A stretch of 64,000 bases of DNA from an uncultured Actinomycetes bacterium (lineage in GTDB: Bacteria; Actinomycetota; Actinomycetes; Streptosporangiales; Streptosporangiaceae): the NCBI GenBank assembly GCA_963786975.1, contig CAWBBE010000005.1:17826-81825 (forward strand). The letters are read 5' to 3'. Of this stretch, positions 17,438 through 28,000 are shown piece by piece (the stretch's first letter is position 1; every line of letters starts with the position of its first letter). The translations under genes were made by a program, and so were the position numbers. A model generated the notes under the pieces. The model searched no databases. It was not told the origin of the DNA and worked only from the letters and a program-made list of their open reading frames with translations.

Positions 17438-18070
17438 GTGGGGACCGACGTTCACGGTGAGCGGCGCTACCGGTCACCGCTGCGGCAGGAACGCGCCGCC
17501 GATACCCGCCGCCGGATCGCCACCGTGGCCCTGGATCTGTTCGCCGAACACGGATTCGGCGGCACCGCGGTCACGGCCATCGCGGAGCGCGCCGGGGTAT
17601 CGGCGCAGACCGTGTATGCGACCTTCGGCTCCAAGGGGGCGCTCCTGCGCGCGCTACTGGACCAGATGGAGGAGAAAGCCGACGCGGCCCGCTGGCGGGA
17701 GCGCATCGCCGCCGACCCCGATCCCCGGGGCAAGCTGACCGCGTTCGCCCAGTGGAGCGCGGGCCTGTTCGCCAGCAGCAAGGCGGTCATCAGCGCCGCG
17801 CAGGGCGCCAACGACCCGGCCATACTGGAGTTGCGGGCGGAGGCCGACGGTCACCGCCGGGCAGCGCTGGACGCCCTGGTGGGCACGCTGCAGGCCAGCG
17901 GCGCGCTGCGGGCCGGGCTAAGCCACCGCCGGGCCGTGGACCGGGCCTGGATCCTGACCGGGGTGGAGCCCTACTTCGGGGCCACCGGAGGCTGCGGCTG
18001 GTCCGACACCGCCTACGCCAAATGGCTGGCCGACCTGCTGGTTAGCCAGTTGCTCGGGCCGGGGCGATGA
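17438..18070 (+). CDS. TetR-family transcriptional regulator
   Basis: ORF 17342..18070 trimmed to GTG 17438 (GGGAGGAG 5 nt upstream; the earlier codons are AT-rich). HTH is RRRIATVALDLFAEHGFGGTAVTAIAERAGVSAQTVYATFGSK. Confidence 0.85.
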   Translation: MGTDVHGERRYRSPLRQERAADTRRRIATVALDLFAEHGFGGTAVTAIAERAGVSAQTVYATFGSKGALLRALLDQMEEKADAARWRERIAADPDPRGKLTAFAQWSAGLFASSKAVISAAQGANDPAILELRAEADGHRRAALDALVGTLQASGALRAGLSHRRAVDRAWILTGVEPYFGATGGCGWSDTAYAKWLADLLVSQLLGPGR

Positions 18071-18100
18071 CTCCGGCCAGCCCGGGTTGGTGATGAAACT

Positions 18101-18158
18101 GTGCTGCGAATGTTAGCGGCGCTAATGAAATTGAGGGAGCCAAGCAGACGGGCGGGAG
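18101..18158. repeat. Partial third copy of the R1 core
   Basis: GTGCTGCGAATGTTAGCGGCGCTAATGAAATTGAGGGAGCCAAGCAGACGGGCGGGAGC compares with 3823-3876. It lies between convergent genes. Confidence 0.55.
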
Positions 18159-18174
18159 CAGGCAGCAAACGAGG

Positions 18175-18738
18175 TCAGGGAAGCTCACGGCGCAGGAGCC
18201 AGCGGGGTTTGCCGCCGCGTCGTCCGGTGGTCTGGCCGACGCGGCTGAATCCGTGCGCCTCGAACAGCGGGACGGTACCCACGTAACCGCTGTTCTGGTC
18301 GGCGCGCTCGCTGCCAGGGTCGACCGGGTAGCCTTCCAGCACGGTCGCGCCCATCGCCTGCGCATGCCCGACCGCGCCCTCCAGCAGCTCGTGCATGAGG
18401 CCGCGGCGCCGGAAGCCCGGCCGCACCACGAAGCACACCACCGACCACGCATCCTCGTCCTGGACGTGCGGGATCGTCCGGGAGTTGACCAGGGCGCGGT
18501 AGGTGGACTTCGGCGCGACCGAGCACCAGCCGGCCGTCTTGCCGTCGACGTACGCCAGCACCCCCGGGCCCGGTTCGCTGGCGCACAGCGTGCGCATGTG
18601 CGCGATACGGCCGGGCATGTCGAGGCTGGAATTGCGGTACGCCATGCAGACGCATCCGCCTCCGCCCGGCTTGCGCGGCACCATAGACGACGCGAAGTCA
18701 TCCCATCGCCCGGTCGCCGGCCAGACCTGAACTCCCAT
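18175..18738 (-). CDS. GNAT-family N-acetyltransferase
   Basis: ORF 18175..18738. FVVRPGFRRRGLMHELLEGAVGHA (acetyl-CoA motif A, R-x-x-G-x-G/A-like) and FEAHGF. Confidence 0.85.
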   Translation of the reverse strand: MGVQVWPATGRWDDFASSMVPRKPGGGGCVCMAYRNSSLDMPGRIAHMRTLCASEPGPGVLAYVDGKTAGWCSVAPKSTYRALVNSRTIPHVQDEDAWSVVCFVVRPGFRRRGLMHELLEGAVGHAQAMGATVLEGYPVDPGSERADQNSGYVGTVPLFEAHGFSRVGQTTGRRGGKPRWLLRRELP

Positions 18739-18752
18739 CTGCCGAGGATAGG

Positions 18753-18778
18753 CCCGAGTTGGGCCAACTTGGTGCGCA
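18753..18778. promoter_or_regulatory. 26-nt motif CCCGAGTTGGGCCAACTTGGTGCGCA
   Basis: 25/26 identical to 47568-47593. Palindromic core AGTTGG-G-CCAACT. Lies 15 nt upstream of the GNAT start. Confidence 0.5.
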
Positions 18779-18885
18779 CTGGCGCGGCATCCTTGGCGGG
18801 AAGCTGTGCGGCGGTGAGTGCCCGGCGCCTCAACGTTCCTGTCAGGCTGCTGTGGTCACCTTGGCGTTCGTCGCGACGGCTGGTT

Positions 18886-19788
18886 CTAGTCGGTGAGGTC
18901 TTCCTGGAAGTGCTGAAGGAGCCAGTCGTGGATCTCGCCGGTCCGGCCGATCATGGTCAGATGGCCGTCGCGGTCGCTGATATCAGCCTCCGCACCAGGG
19001 ATGCTGGCGGCCAGCCACTGGCCGTGCTGCACGGGAACAAACCGGTCCTGGCGGCCGTGCCAGATCTTGACCGGCACCTGGATGTCGCGGAGATCAAACC
19101 CCCAGCTAGTCAGGTGCGCCGCTCCGTCATCCCACCAGCCCTGGTCTCCAGCGGAGAGCGCGATCTTGTGGGTCTCGGTGAGCCATCGGGCCAGGTCCCC
19201 GGTCAGGACCTCGGCGTCGGCGGGCGAGAGGAGGCTCTTGAGCTGTTCAGCGAACTGCTCCGGCGTGGCCGCGAGAATCTCCTCCCTGGCCTCGCGCAGA
19301 TCGCGGCGAGATGCCTCCGGGTCGGAGAAGAACAACTTAAAGCCCTCAACGTTGGACTCGCCCATCCCGGCGAAATAGTCGAAGCCCTCGATACCGTAGG
19401 GCGCAAGCGACGCCACCGCCGCGACCGCGACCGCCACGTCTGGCAGCAAGGCCGCGCACCCCAAGGCGTACGGGCCGCCCCCGGATATGCCCCAGATGCC
19501 GATCCGGTCGCGCCCGAGCGCCTCGGCGATGGCCCGGACATCCTGTGCTCCCGACGCCACGGTGTAACCGGGATTCGCGGTCGAGCGGCCGTAGCCAGGG
19601 CGGTCATAGCCGATCAGCCGGATGCCCTTCTTCTCGGCGTCGGCGATCCACCCGCCGTACAGGTGCCGTGACATCGGCTCGCCAGTGCAGACCAGGATCG
19701 GCTTTCCATCAGGTTCACCGGCCATCTCCACGCACAGTTCACGCCCGCTGCCGACCGATATGGTCCTGGTCTCGACCCCGCTGGACAC
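18886..19788 (-). CDS. Alpha/beta-fold hydrolase (prolyl aminopeptidase-like)
   Basis: ORF 18886..19788 with GTG start after GAGAGGGAGGG. Nucleophile elbow GISGGGPYA and a C-terminal DGHL. Confidence 0.85.
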   Translation of the reverse strand: MSSGVETRTISVGSGRELCVEMAGEPDGKPILVCTGEPMSRHLYGGWIADAEKKGIRLIGYDRPGYGRSTANPGYTVASGAQDVRAIAEALGRDRIGIWGISGGGPYALGCAALLPDVAVAVAAVASLAPYGIEGFDYFAGMGESNVEGFKLFFSDPEASRRDLREAREEILAATPEQFAEQLKSLLSPADAEVLTGDLARWLTETHKIALSAGDQGWWDDGAAHLTSWGFDLRDIQVPVKIWHGRQDRFVPVQHGQWLAASIPGAEADISDRDGHLTMIGRTGEIHDWLLQHFQEDLTD

Positions 19789-20199
19789 TGATGGCCCTCC
19801 CTCTCCGGATCAGGCTGGGAGCCAGCCGTAGCCGGCGCCGTGGATGCCGCTGGTCATGACACGCGATTGTCGGGTGCCGGCGTCCGATGGCGCCAGCGGT
19901 TTTCCGCGCCTTCGCGTGTGGCCCGGCGCAATCTTGCCGACCTCGGTAGCTCCAGATCTCTCCTGTGCCTGTCCCGTGAAGACGCAGGCGACCGAATACA
20001 CCGGGACCTTTGTCTAACCCGAGTCGGTGCCAATAGATCAACTACCGTTGCCCATGCCGAAGGAGTCGTGGACCACCCGATGATCTCGCACCGGTGGCAG
20101 CCGCTTCGGCCCCGGCTCCAGCCGCACAGGCCAGCTGAACGAACTATCCTCGGCCGGGCCAGCCGTCGTCGGCCGCAGGCGCAGATTAGGCTGGGCCGC

Positions 20200-20940
20200 A
20201 TGTCTGCAGACCCGGCCATCGAGTTCCCCGGCGAGTCAGCTGAGTACCGGCTCGCGCGCAACCGGCTGCTGGAGGCGGAGACCGAGCTGCGGCGGACGAT
20301 CGAGCGAGTCGCCGCGCAGCGCCGGGCGCTCCCGCCGGGCGGCGCTGTCCCGGACGATTACCGCTTCGAGGCGGCGGCCAGCGGGGGCGGCGAGGTGAGG
20401 TTCTCGGAGCTGTTTGCGCCGGGCAAGGACACGCTGGTCGTCTACAGCTTCATGTTCCCGCGCTGGTCGGGCGATACCAGACCGGGTCCCGCCGAGGGCG
20501 GGACGGCCCGGCTGCCGCTCGCTGAGACACCGTGCCCATCGTGTACCTCGATTCTCGACTCGCTCGATGGCGCTGCTCCTCACCTCGCTCACTGGCTCAG
20601 CCTCGTCGTGGTCGCGAAGTCAGATCCGGCTCGGATCCGCGATTTCGCGCGGGAACGCGGCTGGCGCCAGCTGCGGCTGCTGTCCTCGCGGAACAACAGC
20701 TACAACCGTGACTACCACGCGGAAATGCCGGAGGGCGAGCAGAACCCGGTCCTGAATGTGTTCACGCGCGACGGTGACGGGGTTCGCCACCGGTGGGCCA
20801 CCGAGCTGATGTTCGCGCCCCGGGACGAAGGCGAAGAGCCGCGCCACGTCGACTCGATCTGGCCGATCTGGAATGTCCTCGACCTGACGCCGGGCGGCCG
20901 CGGAAGCGACCCGGACTTTCCCGCGATGCAATACCGGTAG
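20200..20940 (+). CDS. DUF899 thioredoxin-like protein
   Basis: ORF 19840..20940 trimmed to ATG 20200. EYRLARNRLLEAETELRR, LVVYSFMF and PCPSCTS match remembered DUF899 features. Confidence 0.8.
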   Translation: MSADPAIEFPGESAEYRLARNRLLEAETELRRTIERVAAQRRALPPGGAVPDDYRFEAAASGGGEVRFSELFAPGKDTLVVYSFMFPRWSGDTRPGPAEGGTARLPLAETPCPSCTSILDSLDGAAPHLAHWLSLVVVAKSDPARIRDFARERGWRQLRLLSSRNNSYNRDYHAEMPEGEQNPVLNVFTRDGDGVRHRWATELMFAPRDEGEEPRHVDSIWPIWNVLDLTPGGRGSDPDFPAMQYR

Positions 20941-20944
20941 CCGC

Positions 20945-21586
20945 TCAGGGCCCGGAGCGGTAGTCGAAGTCGGTGGTGAAGGCGGCGTGGCGGCGTCCTT
21001 TCACCTCCCAGCGCAGCGCCGGGTCGGTTGATCGCAGCGCGTCGGCATGCAGTTCGGTGCCGGGGTGGTCGTTGCCGGGGATGCCGCACCGGACGTCGCC
21101 TGGCTCGGAGGCGTACCCTTCGGCCTCGGCCGTCAGGTAGCCGACGACGCCGATGCGCTTGCGGGGCGCGGCGTGCTCCAGGGTTATCCGGGCCGGCCGC
21201 ACGATGTGGACTTCGCCGATGGCCGGGCCGTACTGCCGGGCGACGGTTCCGCCGGCCCGGCCGAGGAAGATGTCGGCGATCGCGGCCCGCTGGCCGGCGG
21301 CGGCGCCTTGGTCGACGTAGAGCACGACCTCCCAGCGGGTGCTCGGCCGTACCCGGTCGAGGTAGCGGATGGACATTACGGTCCGCAGGCCGGATAGGTC
21401 GAGGCCGTCGGCGTGGCCGTGGTGGATGTGCCACGACAGGGCGCCGAAGCATTCCCCGAAGCTGGAGGGTCCGCCGGGGCGGCCGCCTACGCTGCGGCAC
21501 GGGCAGATCGCCTCGCAGTTGCATGCCTCGAAGTAGGAGCCCCGGACGTGCCAATCCGCCACCGGGCCCGGCGCTGATACGGTCAT
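20945..21586 (-). CDS. DUF1326 domain protein
   Basis: C-terminal 213 aa of ORF 20945..22282 from ATG 21586. The N-terminal GSYFEACNCEAICPCR cysteine motif is characteristic. Confidence 0.8.
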   Translation of the reverse strand: MTVSAPGPVADWHVRGSYFEACNCEAICPCRSVGGRPGGPSSFGECFGALSWHIHHGHADGLDLSGLRTVMSIRYLDRVRPSTRWEVVLYVDQGAAAGQRAAIADIFLGRAGGTVARQYGPAIGEVHIVRPARITLEHAAPRKRIGVVGYLTAEAEGYASEPGDVRCGIPGNDHPGTELHADALRSTDPALRWEVKGRRHAAFTTDFDYRSGP

Positions 21587-22434
21587 CACATGCCTCCGTT
21601 CCCGCCGGTGCCGGCGGTGTAGTGCAGGCCGGGTGCGAGGCCCGGCTGGAAAATAACTGCGATCCCGAGGGCGAGCGCGGCGATGCCCAGGGCACGGCTG
21701 AAGCGGGCGCCCCGGGCCCAGGTCTTCTCGGCGAGGACGGCCCCGGCCAGGACCACCATGGCGATCACGTTCATCAGCCCGAAGGCAACCAGGACGGCCA
21801 TCAGGCCCCAGCAGCAGGCCAGGCAGAATGTGCCGTGGTAGAGCCCGGCCCGCAGGTCGCGGGTTCGCCCGCGGTAGGCGCCGAGCCTGAGCATGAATCC
21901 GAGCGGCGTGCGGCAGCGGGCCAGGCACCGGTCCTTCACCGGGGTGAGCTGGTAGGCGCCGCAGGCGGCGAAGATAGTCACCGCCAGCACGGTTGCCGCG
22001 GTGGGGTGGCCCGCAGCGAGATGGCCGCCGAGCCACGCCAGCCCGTAGGCGGGCAGGGCCGCCAGGGTCCACACGATCAGGTAGCCGGAAGCGAACGCGC
22101 CCAGCCGGGAGCCCCGGCCGCCGGTGAAGGTGCGCGTGTACAGCGATGCGAACGGCGCCGCCGAGGGCAGCATCATCGCGGCCATCATCAGCGCCCAGAT
22201 GGCGGCGAATGAACCGGCACCCAGGCCCATAGTCCCGGGCATCGAGCCCATATCGCGGGCCAGCAGCACCACGCCGGCCCATGCTCCGGCGGCTGCGATC
22301 AGCAGCAGCGACGCCGGCCGCGTCAGGTGCCGCAGACTGGGCGCCGCCGGGCTGGCCGCCTCAGCTGATCCGCCCGGGCGGCCTCGCGCGTCCGCCTGAC
22401 CCGTCGCCGGGCCGGTCCTCGCGTCGCTGTTCAT
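21586..22434 (-). CDS. DUF2182 metal-binding integral membrane protein
   Basis: ORF 21586..22449. Multi-pass membrane protein. Its stop overlaps the DUF1326 start (TGATG). The DUF1326/DUF2182 pairing is a known conserved neighbourhood. Confidence 0.8.
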   Translation of the reverse strand: MNSDARTGPATGQADARGRPGGSAEAASPAAPSLRHLTRPASLLLIAAAGAWAGVVLLARDMGSMPGTMGLGAGSFAAIWALMMAAMMLPSAAPFASLYTRTFTGGRGSRLGAFASGYLIVWTLAALPAYGLAWLGGHLAAGHPTAATVLAVTIFAACGAYQLTPVKDRCLARCRTPLGFMLRLGAYRGRTRDLRAGLYHGTFCLACCWGLMAVLVAFGLMNVIAMVVLAGAVLAEKTWARGARFSRALGIAALALGIAVIFQPGLAPGLHYTAGTGGNGGM

Positions 22435-22601
22435 GTCGCCTGCTCTCACTGGTTGCCGGGAAGGATGATGGCCTGAACCGCGCCGTCCGGCCGGCTCCGG
22501 CCCGGATCCGAGCCGACGGACGGGAATCAGCGCGGCCGCACCGTTCTACATGAGCTGCAGGGTCTGGCCGGGATGCAGCTTCAGGTCACGTTCTTCCCGG
22601 C

Positions 22602-24020
22602 CTATGGGCCGGGCTCGCTGGCGGGCTGGATGTTCTGGTTGACGTGGAAGGCGTTGTCGGGGTCGTAGCGGTTCTTGACCTGGGCGAGCCGGTCGTAGTT
22701 GCCGCGGTAGGACGCTTTGATCCGGTCCTGGCCCTCGTTCATCATGAAGTTGATGTACGCGCCTCCGGCTGAGGTCGGGTGCAGTTCCTGCCAGTAGTCG
22801 CGGGCCCATTGCGAGATAAGCCCGGCGCTGGCGGGGTCGGGGTCGACGCCCGCGATAATGCCGGCCCAGCCGCCGTCCCGGTAGGCGAACGCGGTCGCGC
22901 CGGCTGGCACCCGGCTGGCCGCGCCGTCGATCGGGTACATGTGCATGGTCGAGTGGCCGGTCGGCAGCTGCGCGCCGTACTTGACGTGCACGTCGATCGC
23001 CGCGTCGGAGATCTCGTTGAAGAAGTCGGTCCGCCAGTACCACCGCAGCCCGGCCGGGTAGAGGCCGTCGAACGCGCTCTGCAGCACGCTGAACGGCATC
23101 GGCTGCAGGCCGGCCAGCAGCGGCGAGCCGTAGGTCTTGACCCGATCGAGCACCTCGTCGGCCCGGTCATGCGAGCCGGTGTAGCACCAGACGATCGCGC
23201 ACGCCTTGCGGCCCCATAGCGCCTCCGGGAACGGCGGCGCGGGCGGAATGGTGATCAGCCCGATCCAGCCGCTCAGCTCCTCGGGCAACGACGGATGCAG
23301 CTCCCGGTACCAGCGCATCACCGAGGGGGTATCGGCGAGGTCGTACAGGACCGGGCCGCCGATGATCGTGCCGTGATCGCCGATGTCGTGACAGCGGAAG
23401 GTGAACGAGGTGACGACGCCGAAGTTACCGCCGCCGCCGCGCAGCGCCCAGAACAGGTCGGGGTGGGAGTGCTCGCTGGCGGTGACGAACGACCCGTCGG
23501 CTAGCACCACGTCGGCGGCGAGCAGGTTGTCGACCGTCAGGCCGAACCGGCGGGACAGGTAGCCGATGCCGCCGCCCAGGGTCAGGCCGGCCACGCCGGT
23601 GGAGGCGAGGAAGCCGGACGGGGTAGCCATGCCGAATGCCACGGTGGCGTGGTCGACGTCGCCCCAGGTGCAGCCGGCGTCAGCACGGACGGTGTGGTTG
23701 TCCGGGTCGACTGTGGTGCTGCGCAGCTGCGACAGGTCGATGACCAGGGCGTCGTCCGCTATCCCGAGCCCGGCCGCGCTGTGGCCGCCGCCGCGGACGG
23801 CGATCTCGGCGCCGTGGCGGCGCGCGAACTGGACGCAGCTGATGACGTCGGCGGTGTCCCGGCAGCGCGCGATCGCAGCCGGATGCTTGTCGATCATGCC
23901 GTTGTACACGGCACGAGCCTCGTCGTAACCCGGATCTCCCGGCACGATCAGGTCACCGCGCACGGCGGCGGCCAGCTCTCGGTACTGCATGGCGCCGACG
24001 TCGGCTGTTGTCGTGGTCAC
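22602..24020 (-). CDS. FAD-linked oxidase (PCMH fold with berberine-bridge-enzyme-like C-terminus)
   Basis: ORF 22602..24674 trimmed to GTG 24020 (GAGGGGAA SD). RGGGHSAAG, GLTLGGGIGYLSRRFG, LFWALRGGGGNFGVVT and C-terminal YDPDNAFHVNQNI. Confidence 0.9.
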   Translation of the reverse strand: MTTTTADVGAMQYRELAAAVRGDLIVPGDPGYDEARAVYNGMIDKHPAAIARCRDTADVISCVQFARRHGAEIAVRGGGHSAAGLGIADDALVIDLSQLRSTTVDPDNHTVRADAGCTWGDVDHATVAFGMATPSGFLASTGVAGLTLGGGIGYLSRRFGLTVDNLLAADVVLADGSFVTASEHSHPDLFWALRGGGGNFGVVTSFTFRCHDIGDHGTIIGGPVLYDLADTPSVMRWYRELHPSLPEELSGWIGLITIPPAPPFPEALWGRKACAIVWCYTGSHDRADEVLDRVKTYGSPLLAGLQPMPFSVLQSAFDGLYPAGLRWYWRTDFFNEISDAAIDVHVKYGAQLPTGHSTMHMYPIDGAASRVPAGATAFAYRDGGWAGIIAGVDPDPASAGLISQWARDYWQELHPTSAGGAYINFMMNEGQDRIKASYRGNYDRLAQVKNRYDPDNAFHVNQNIQPASEPGP

Positions 24021-24043
24021 TGGATTCCCCTCGATGCGTATAG

Positions 24044-24097
24044 AGATAGCACGATCGTTCGCACTAAGTTCGAACAGTACGATCGATCGTGCTATCT
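24044..24097. promoter_or_regulatory. Candidate TetR operator: 14-bp inverted repeat AGATAGCACGATCG ... CGATCGTGCTATCT
   Basis: Perfect arms at 24044-24057 and 24084-24097 with an inner GTTCGAAC palindrome. Sits in the 84-bp spacer between the divergent oxidase and TetR genes. Confidence 0.6.
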
Positions 24098-24104
24098 TGT
24101 CAAC

Positions 24105-24761
24105 ATGACGAGCGGCACCATGAATCAGCGCGGTCGTGCGCAGCGGCGGCCCCGCGCGGATGGGGAACGCACCCGCAGCGCGATCCTGCGCGCGGCCGCC
24201 TCGCTGGCCACCGTCGACGGCCTGGAGGGCCTGTCGATCGGGAACCTGGCCGCGGCGATCGGCATGAGCAAGAGCGGCCTGTACGCGCACTTCGGCTCCA
24301 AGCAGGAACTCCAGCTGGCCACCGTGGAGGAGGCCGGCCGGATCCTCGCCGACGAAGTCGTGCGGCCCGCGCTGGCGGCTCCCCCCGGCCTGGCCCAGCT
24401 CGTCGCGGTCTGCGAGGCGTTCTTCGACTACCTGCGGCGCCGCGTCTTCCCCGGTGGCTGCTTCTTCGTTGCCGCGGCGCTGGAGATGGGCACCCGCCCC
24501 GGGCCGGTCAAGGAACGGGTCGCCGCTTTGCAGTCCGAGTTCGTCGCGCTGGTCCGGGGATTCGCGGCCACCGCTCTTGAGCAGCAGGAGCTTCCCGCCG
24601 GTGAGGACCCTGACCGGCTCGCCTTCGAGCTGTACGGGACGATGCTGGCCGCTGACACCAACTTCGTCCTGCACGACGACCCCGGGATCCTGAACCTGGC
24701 CCGGCAGATCGTCCGCCAGCGGCTAGGACTCGGCAGCGGCGGAAACGCCCGAGAAAGCTGA
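24105..24761 (+). CDS. TetR-family transcriptional regulator
   Basis: ORF 23649..24761 trimmed to ATG 24105. HTH is RSAILRAAASLATVDGLEGLSIGNLAAAIGMSKSGLYAHFGSKQELQ. Confidence 0.9.
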   Translation: MTSGTMNQRGRAQRRPRADGERTRSAILRAAASLATVDGLEGLSIGNLAAAIGMSKSGLYAHFGSKQELQLATVEEAGRILADEVVRPALAAPPGLAQLVAVCEAFFDYLRRRVFPGGCFFVAAALEMGTRPGPVKERVAALQSEFVALVRGFAATALEQQELPAGEDPDRLAFELYGTMLAADTNFVLHDDPGILNLARQIVRQRLGLGSGGNARES

Positions 24762-25058
24762 GGTCGCGGCCCAGGCACTGGGTAACACGCCGTGGATCAA
24801 TCGCGGCAAGGCCGGCAAGCGCCAGGGACACGCGCCGGCCGTCGATCAGGCCCGCCCGGTGCGGTAGAGCTGCCGCGCCGGGCTGTCGTCACCCAGATTG
24901 TTGCGGACTATGCCGCCGAACGTGACGTCGTGCTGGTGTTCCTGGTTAAGAAGAACCTGGCCGGGATCATATCGTCACGGTCTCTCCCAGCTCCCCGGGT
25001 CCGGAGCGCTACCGGCTTGTTCGGTGCCGTGCTTGACTGTGCGTGGGGGGGTTGGGTA

Positions 25059-28000
25059 GTGATCGACTATCGGCTTCTCGGCCCGCTTGAGGTCGGGGCC
25101 AACGGGCGCGCCGTCGAGATCGGCGGTCCCAGGCAGCGGATGCTGCTGGCGATGCTCTTGCTCCGGCCCAATCAGGCCGTGCCCCGCGATGTTCTGGTTG
25201 ACCAGCTCTGGGGCGAGCGTCCTCCGGCGGGTGCGCAGCACACCCTGGAGGTTTACATCTCGCGGCTGCGCAAGACGCTTGAGGAAGCCACCGGGTGCCG
25301 GCTGGTGGTGACCCGGCCAGGCGCGTATCTGCTGCGGGTCGAGGGCGACCAGGTCGACGTGAACCTGTTCGAGCGCCTGGCCGGAGACGGGCGGCAAGCG
25401 CTGGCCGCGAACGCGCCCGCTGAGGCGGCCGCGGATTTCCGCCGGGCGCTGGCCCTATGGCACGGCGCAGCGCTGGCCGACCTCAGCTATCAGCCGTTCG
25501 CGCAAGCCGAGATCGCGCGGCTGGAGGACCTGCGGGCCGACGTCATCGAGGACCGGATCGAAGCCGACCTCGCGCTTGGCCGCCACGCCGGCGTTGTCGG
25601 CGAGCTTAAGTCGCTGGTTGCCGCGTGCCCGCTGCGTGAGCGGCGGCAAGAGCAGCTGATGGTGGCGCTGTACCGGTGCGGGCGGCAGCCAGAAGCACTG
25701 GCCGCCTACCAGTCAGCCCGCCACGCCATGGTGGAGGAACTCGGCATCGAGCCGAGCCCGGCGCTGCAGCGTGTCGAGCGGGCGATCCTGGCGCAGGACG
25801 CCTGGCTTGACCCTCCGCCCCGCGCGGTACCGCCCGGTGCGCGCGCCCAGGCTGATGGCGGAGAGCGCTCGCTGGCCGGGGCGGCCCGCCGCAGGCGGCT
25901 GCCGGCCGTGGCCGGAACCACCCTCGCGGTTACGCTGGCGCTGCTCATTACCGGCTCGTCCAGAGGTGCCGGCGGGTCTGCGCCCGTCACCGCCGGGCCT
26001 AATACCGTCGGCGTCATCGATAGCAGCCGGAACGCCCTGAGCGCGGTGGTGACCGGCACCGGAAGGCCGGGCGGGGTCTCCTACGCGGCGCATGCCATCT
26101 GGATCACCGACAGTGCCGACGACCTGTTGCTGCGGGTCGACTCGGCACAGCAGGTCATTGATCGCATCCCGGTCGGACGCGGAGCTGCCGGAGTGACGGC
26201 CGGGGACGGCGAGATCTGGGTCGCCAACGAGCTCGACGGCACCGTCTCCGAGGTCAACCCGGGCGCGGGAACGGTCGTGGCGACGATCCGCGTGGGGAAC
26301 GGCCCGGACGCGATCGGGTTCGGCGACGGGTCGGTCTGGGTCGGCAACGCGACCGACAGCACGCTGTCCAGGATCGATCCGCTCGGCGGCCGCGTCGTCG
26401 CCACCATCCCGCTCGGCAGCGCCCCGGCTGACCTGGCGGCCGGACCAAAGGGGATCTGGGTGACCAGCGCGGACACCGGACGTCTGCTGCACATCGACCC
26501 GTCCCGCAACCGTGTTTCCCGCGCGTTCCAGATCGGCGGCTCCCCGGGCGGGGTGGCGGTTGGCGCGGGCAGCGTCTGGGTTGCCGATTCGGGTCACGCG
26601 GTGCTGCGAATCGATCCAGCGACTGGCCGTGCGCAGGTGATCAGGGCCGGCGACGCCCCGGCGGGCATCGTCTATGCGGACGGCGCCGCATGGGTCACGG
26701 ACAGTCCTGGCGGCAGCATCGCCAGGATCGACGCACGGACCGGAGCGATAAGGCTCGTGCACGTGGGCAACGAGCCGGCCGATCTCGCGGTAGCAGGGCA
26801 CAACATCCTGGCGACGGTGCTCCCGTCGCTGGCCAGCCACCGCGGCGGCACCCTCACGGTCGTCGCGCGGCTCTCGCCACCCGGCCTGTCGGCCGACACG
26901 GCAGTCGCGTGGAGCACCTACCTCTGGCAGATCCTCAGCATGACCAACGACGGGCTGGTCGGCTACCGCCGCGTCGGCGATCGCGCCGGTGGCACACCCG
27001 TACCCGATCTTGCGACCGCCCTGCCGGTGCCCAGCGACGGCGGCAAGACGTACACGTTCCAGCTCCGCAAGGGCATCAAGTACTCAAACGGCGACCTGGT
27101 CAAGCCGGAGGACTTCCGCCGCGCCATCGAGCGGGTCTTCGTCAGCAACCACGGCACCGGTCCCGCATCCTTCTTCTATTCGGGTATCGCCGGCGCCAGC
27201 CGCTGCGAACGAGTCCCCCGGCACTGCAGCCTCGCGCCGGGGATCGTCACCAACGACCAGGCGAACACCGTGATTTTCCGGCTCACGGCGCCAGACCCGG
27301 AGTTTCTCGACAAGCTCGCCCTGCCATTCGCCGACGCCGTCCCCGCCGGAACGCCTGAGCATGAGATCAGCCCGGCTCAGCTTCCCGCTACCGGCCCGTA
27401 CATGACCCAGTCGTTCGCGCCACCGAAGAGCTGGATCCTGGTCCGGAACCCGCTGTTCCGCCAGTGGTCGGGCCAGGCGCAACCCGGCGGCTACCCCGGC
27501 CGGATCGTCGTGCGGCTCAGCGTCACGCCCGAGGCGGCGGTCAGCGCGGTCGAGCACGGGCACGCCGACGTGCTCCTGACCCCTCCCCCCGCGAGCAGGA
27601 TCCACGAGCTTGCGACCCGGTATGCCAGCCTGCTGCACACCGGTCCGGTAGCGGCCACATTTGCGCTCTTCCTGAACACGCGTGTGTGGCCGTTCAGCGT
27701 CCTCGCGGCGCGCCGCGCCGTCAACTACGCCATCGACAGGAACCGGATGATCGACCTGGCAGGCGGGCCCCTGACCGCGCAGCCCGCCTGCCAGATCCTC
27801 CCGCCGGCGACGTCTGGCTATCAGCCCTACTGCCCTTACACAACCAACGCCAGCCCGGGCGGCGGCTGGACGTCGCCCGACCTCGCGCGCGCAGAGCAGC
27901 TTGTCCGCGCCTCCGGCACGCGTGGCGCCAAGGTGACGCTGGTGGCCGGCGGCTTCGGCGCCGGCACCCCGGCCGTGCCGGGCGGTCGCTACCTCGTCTC

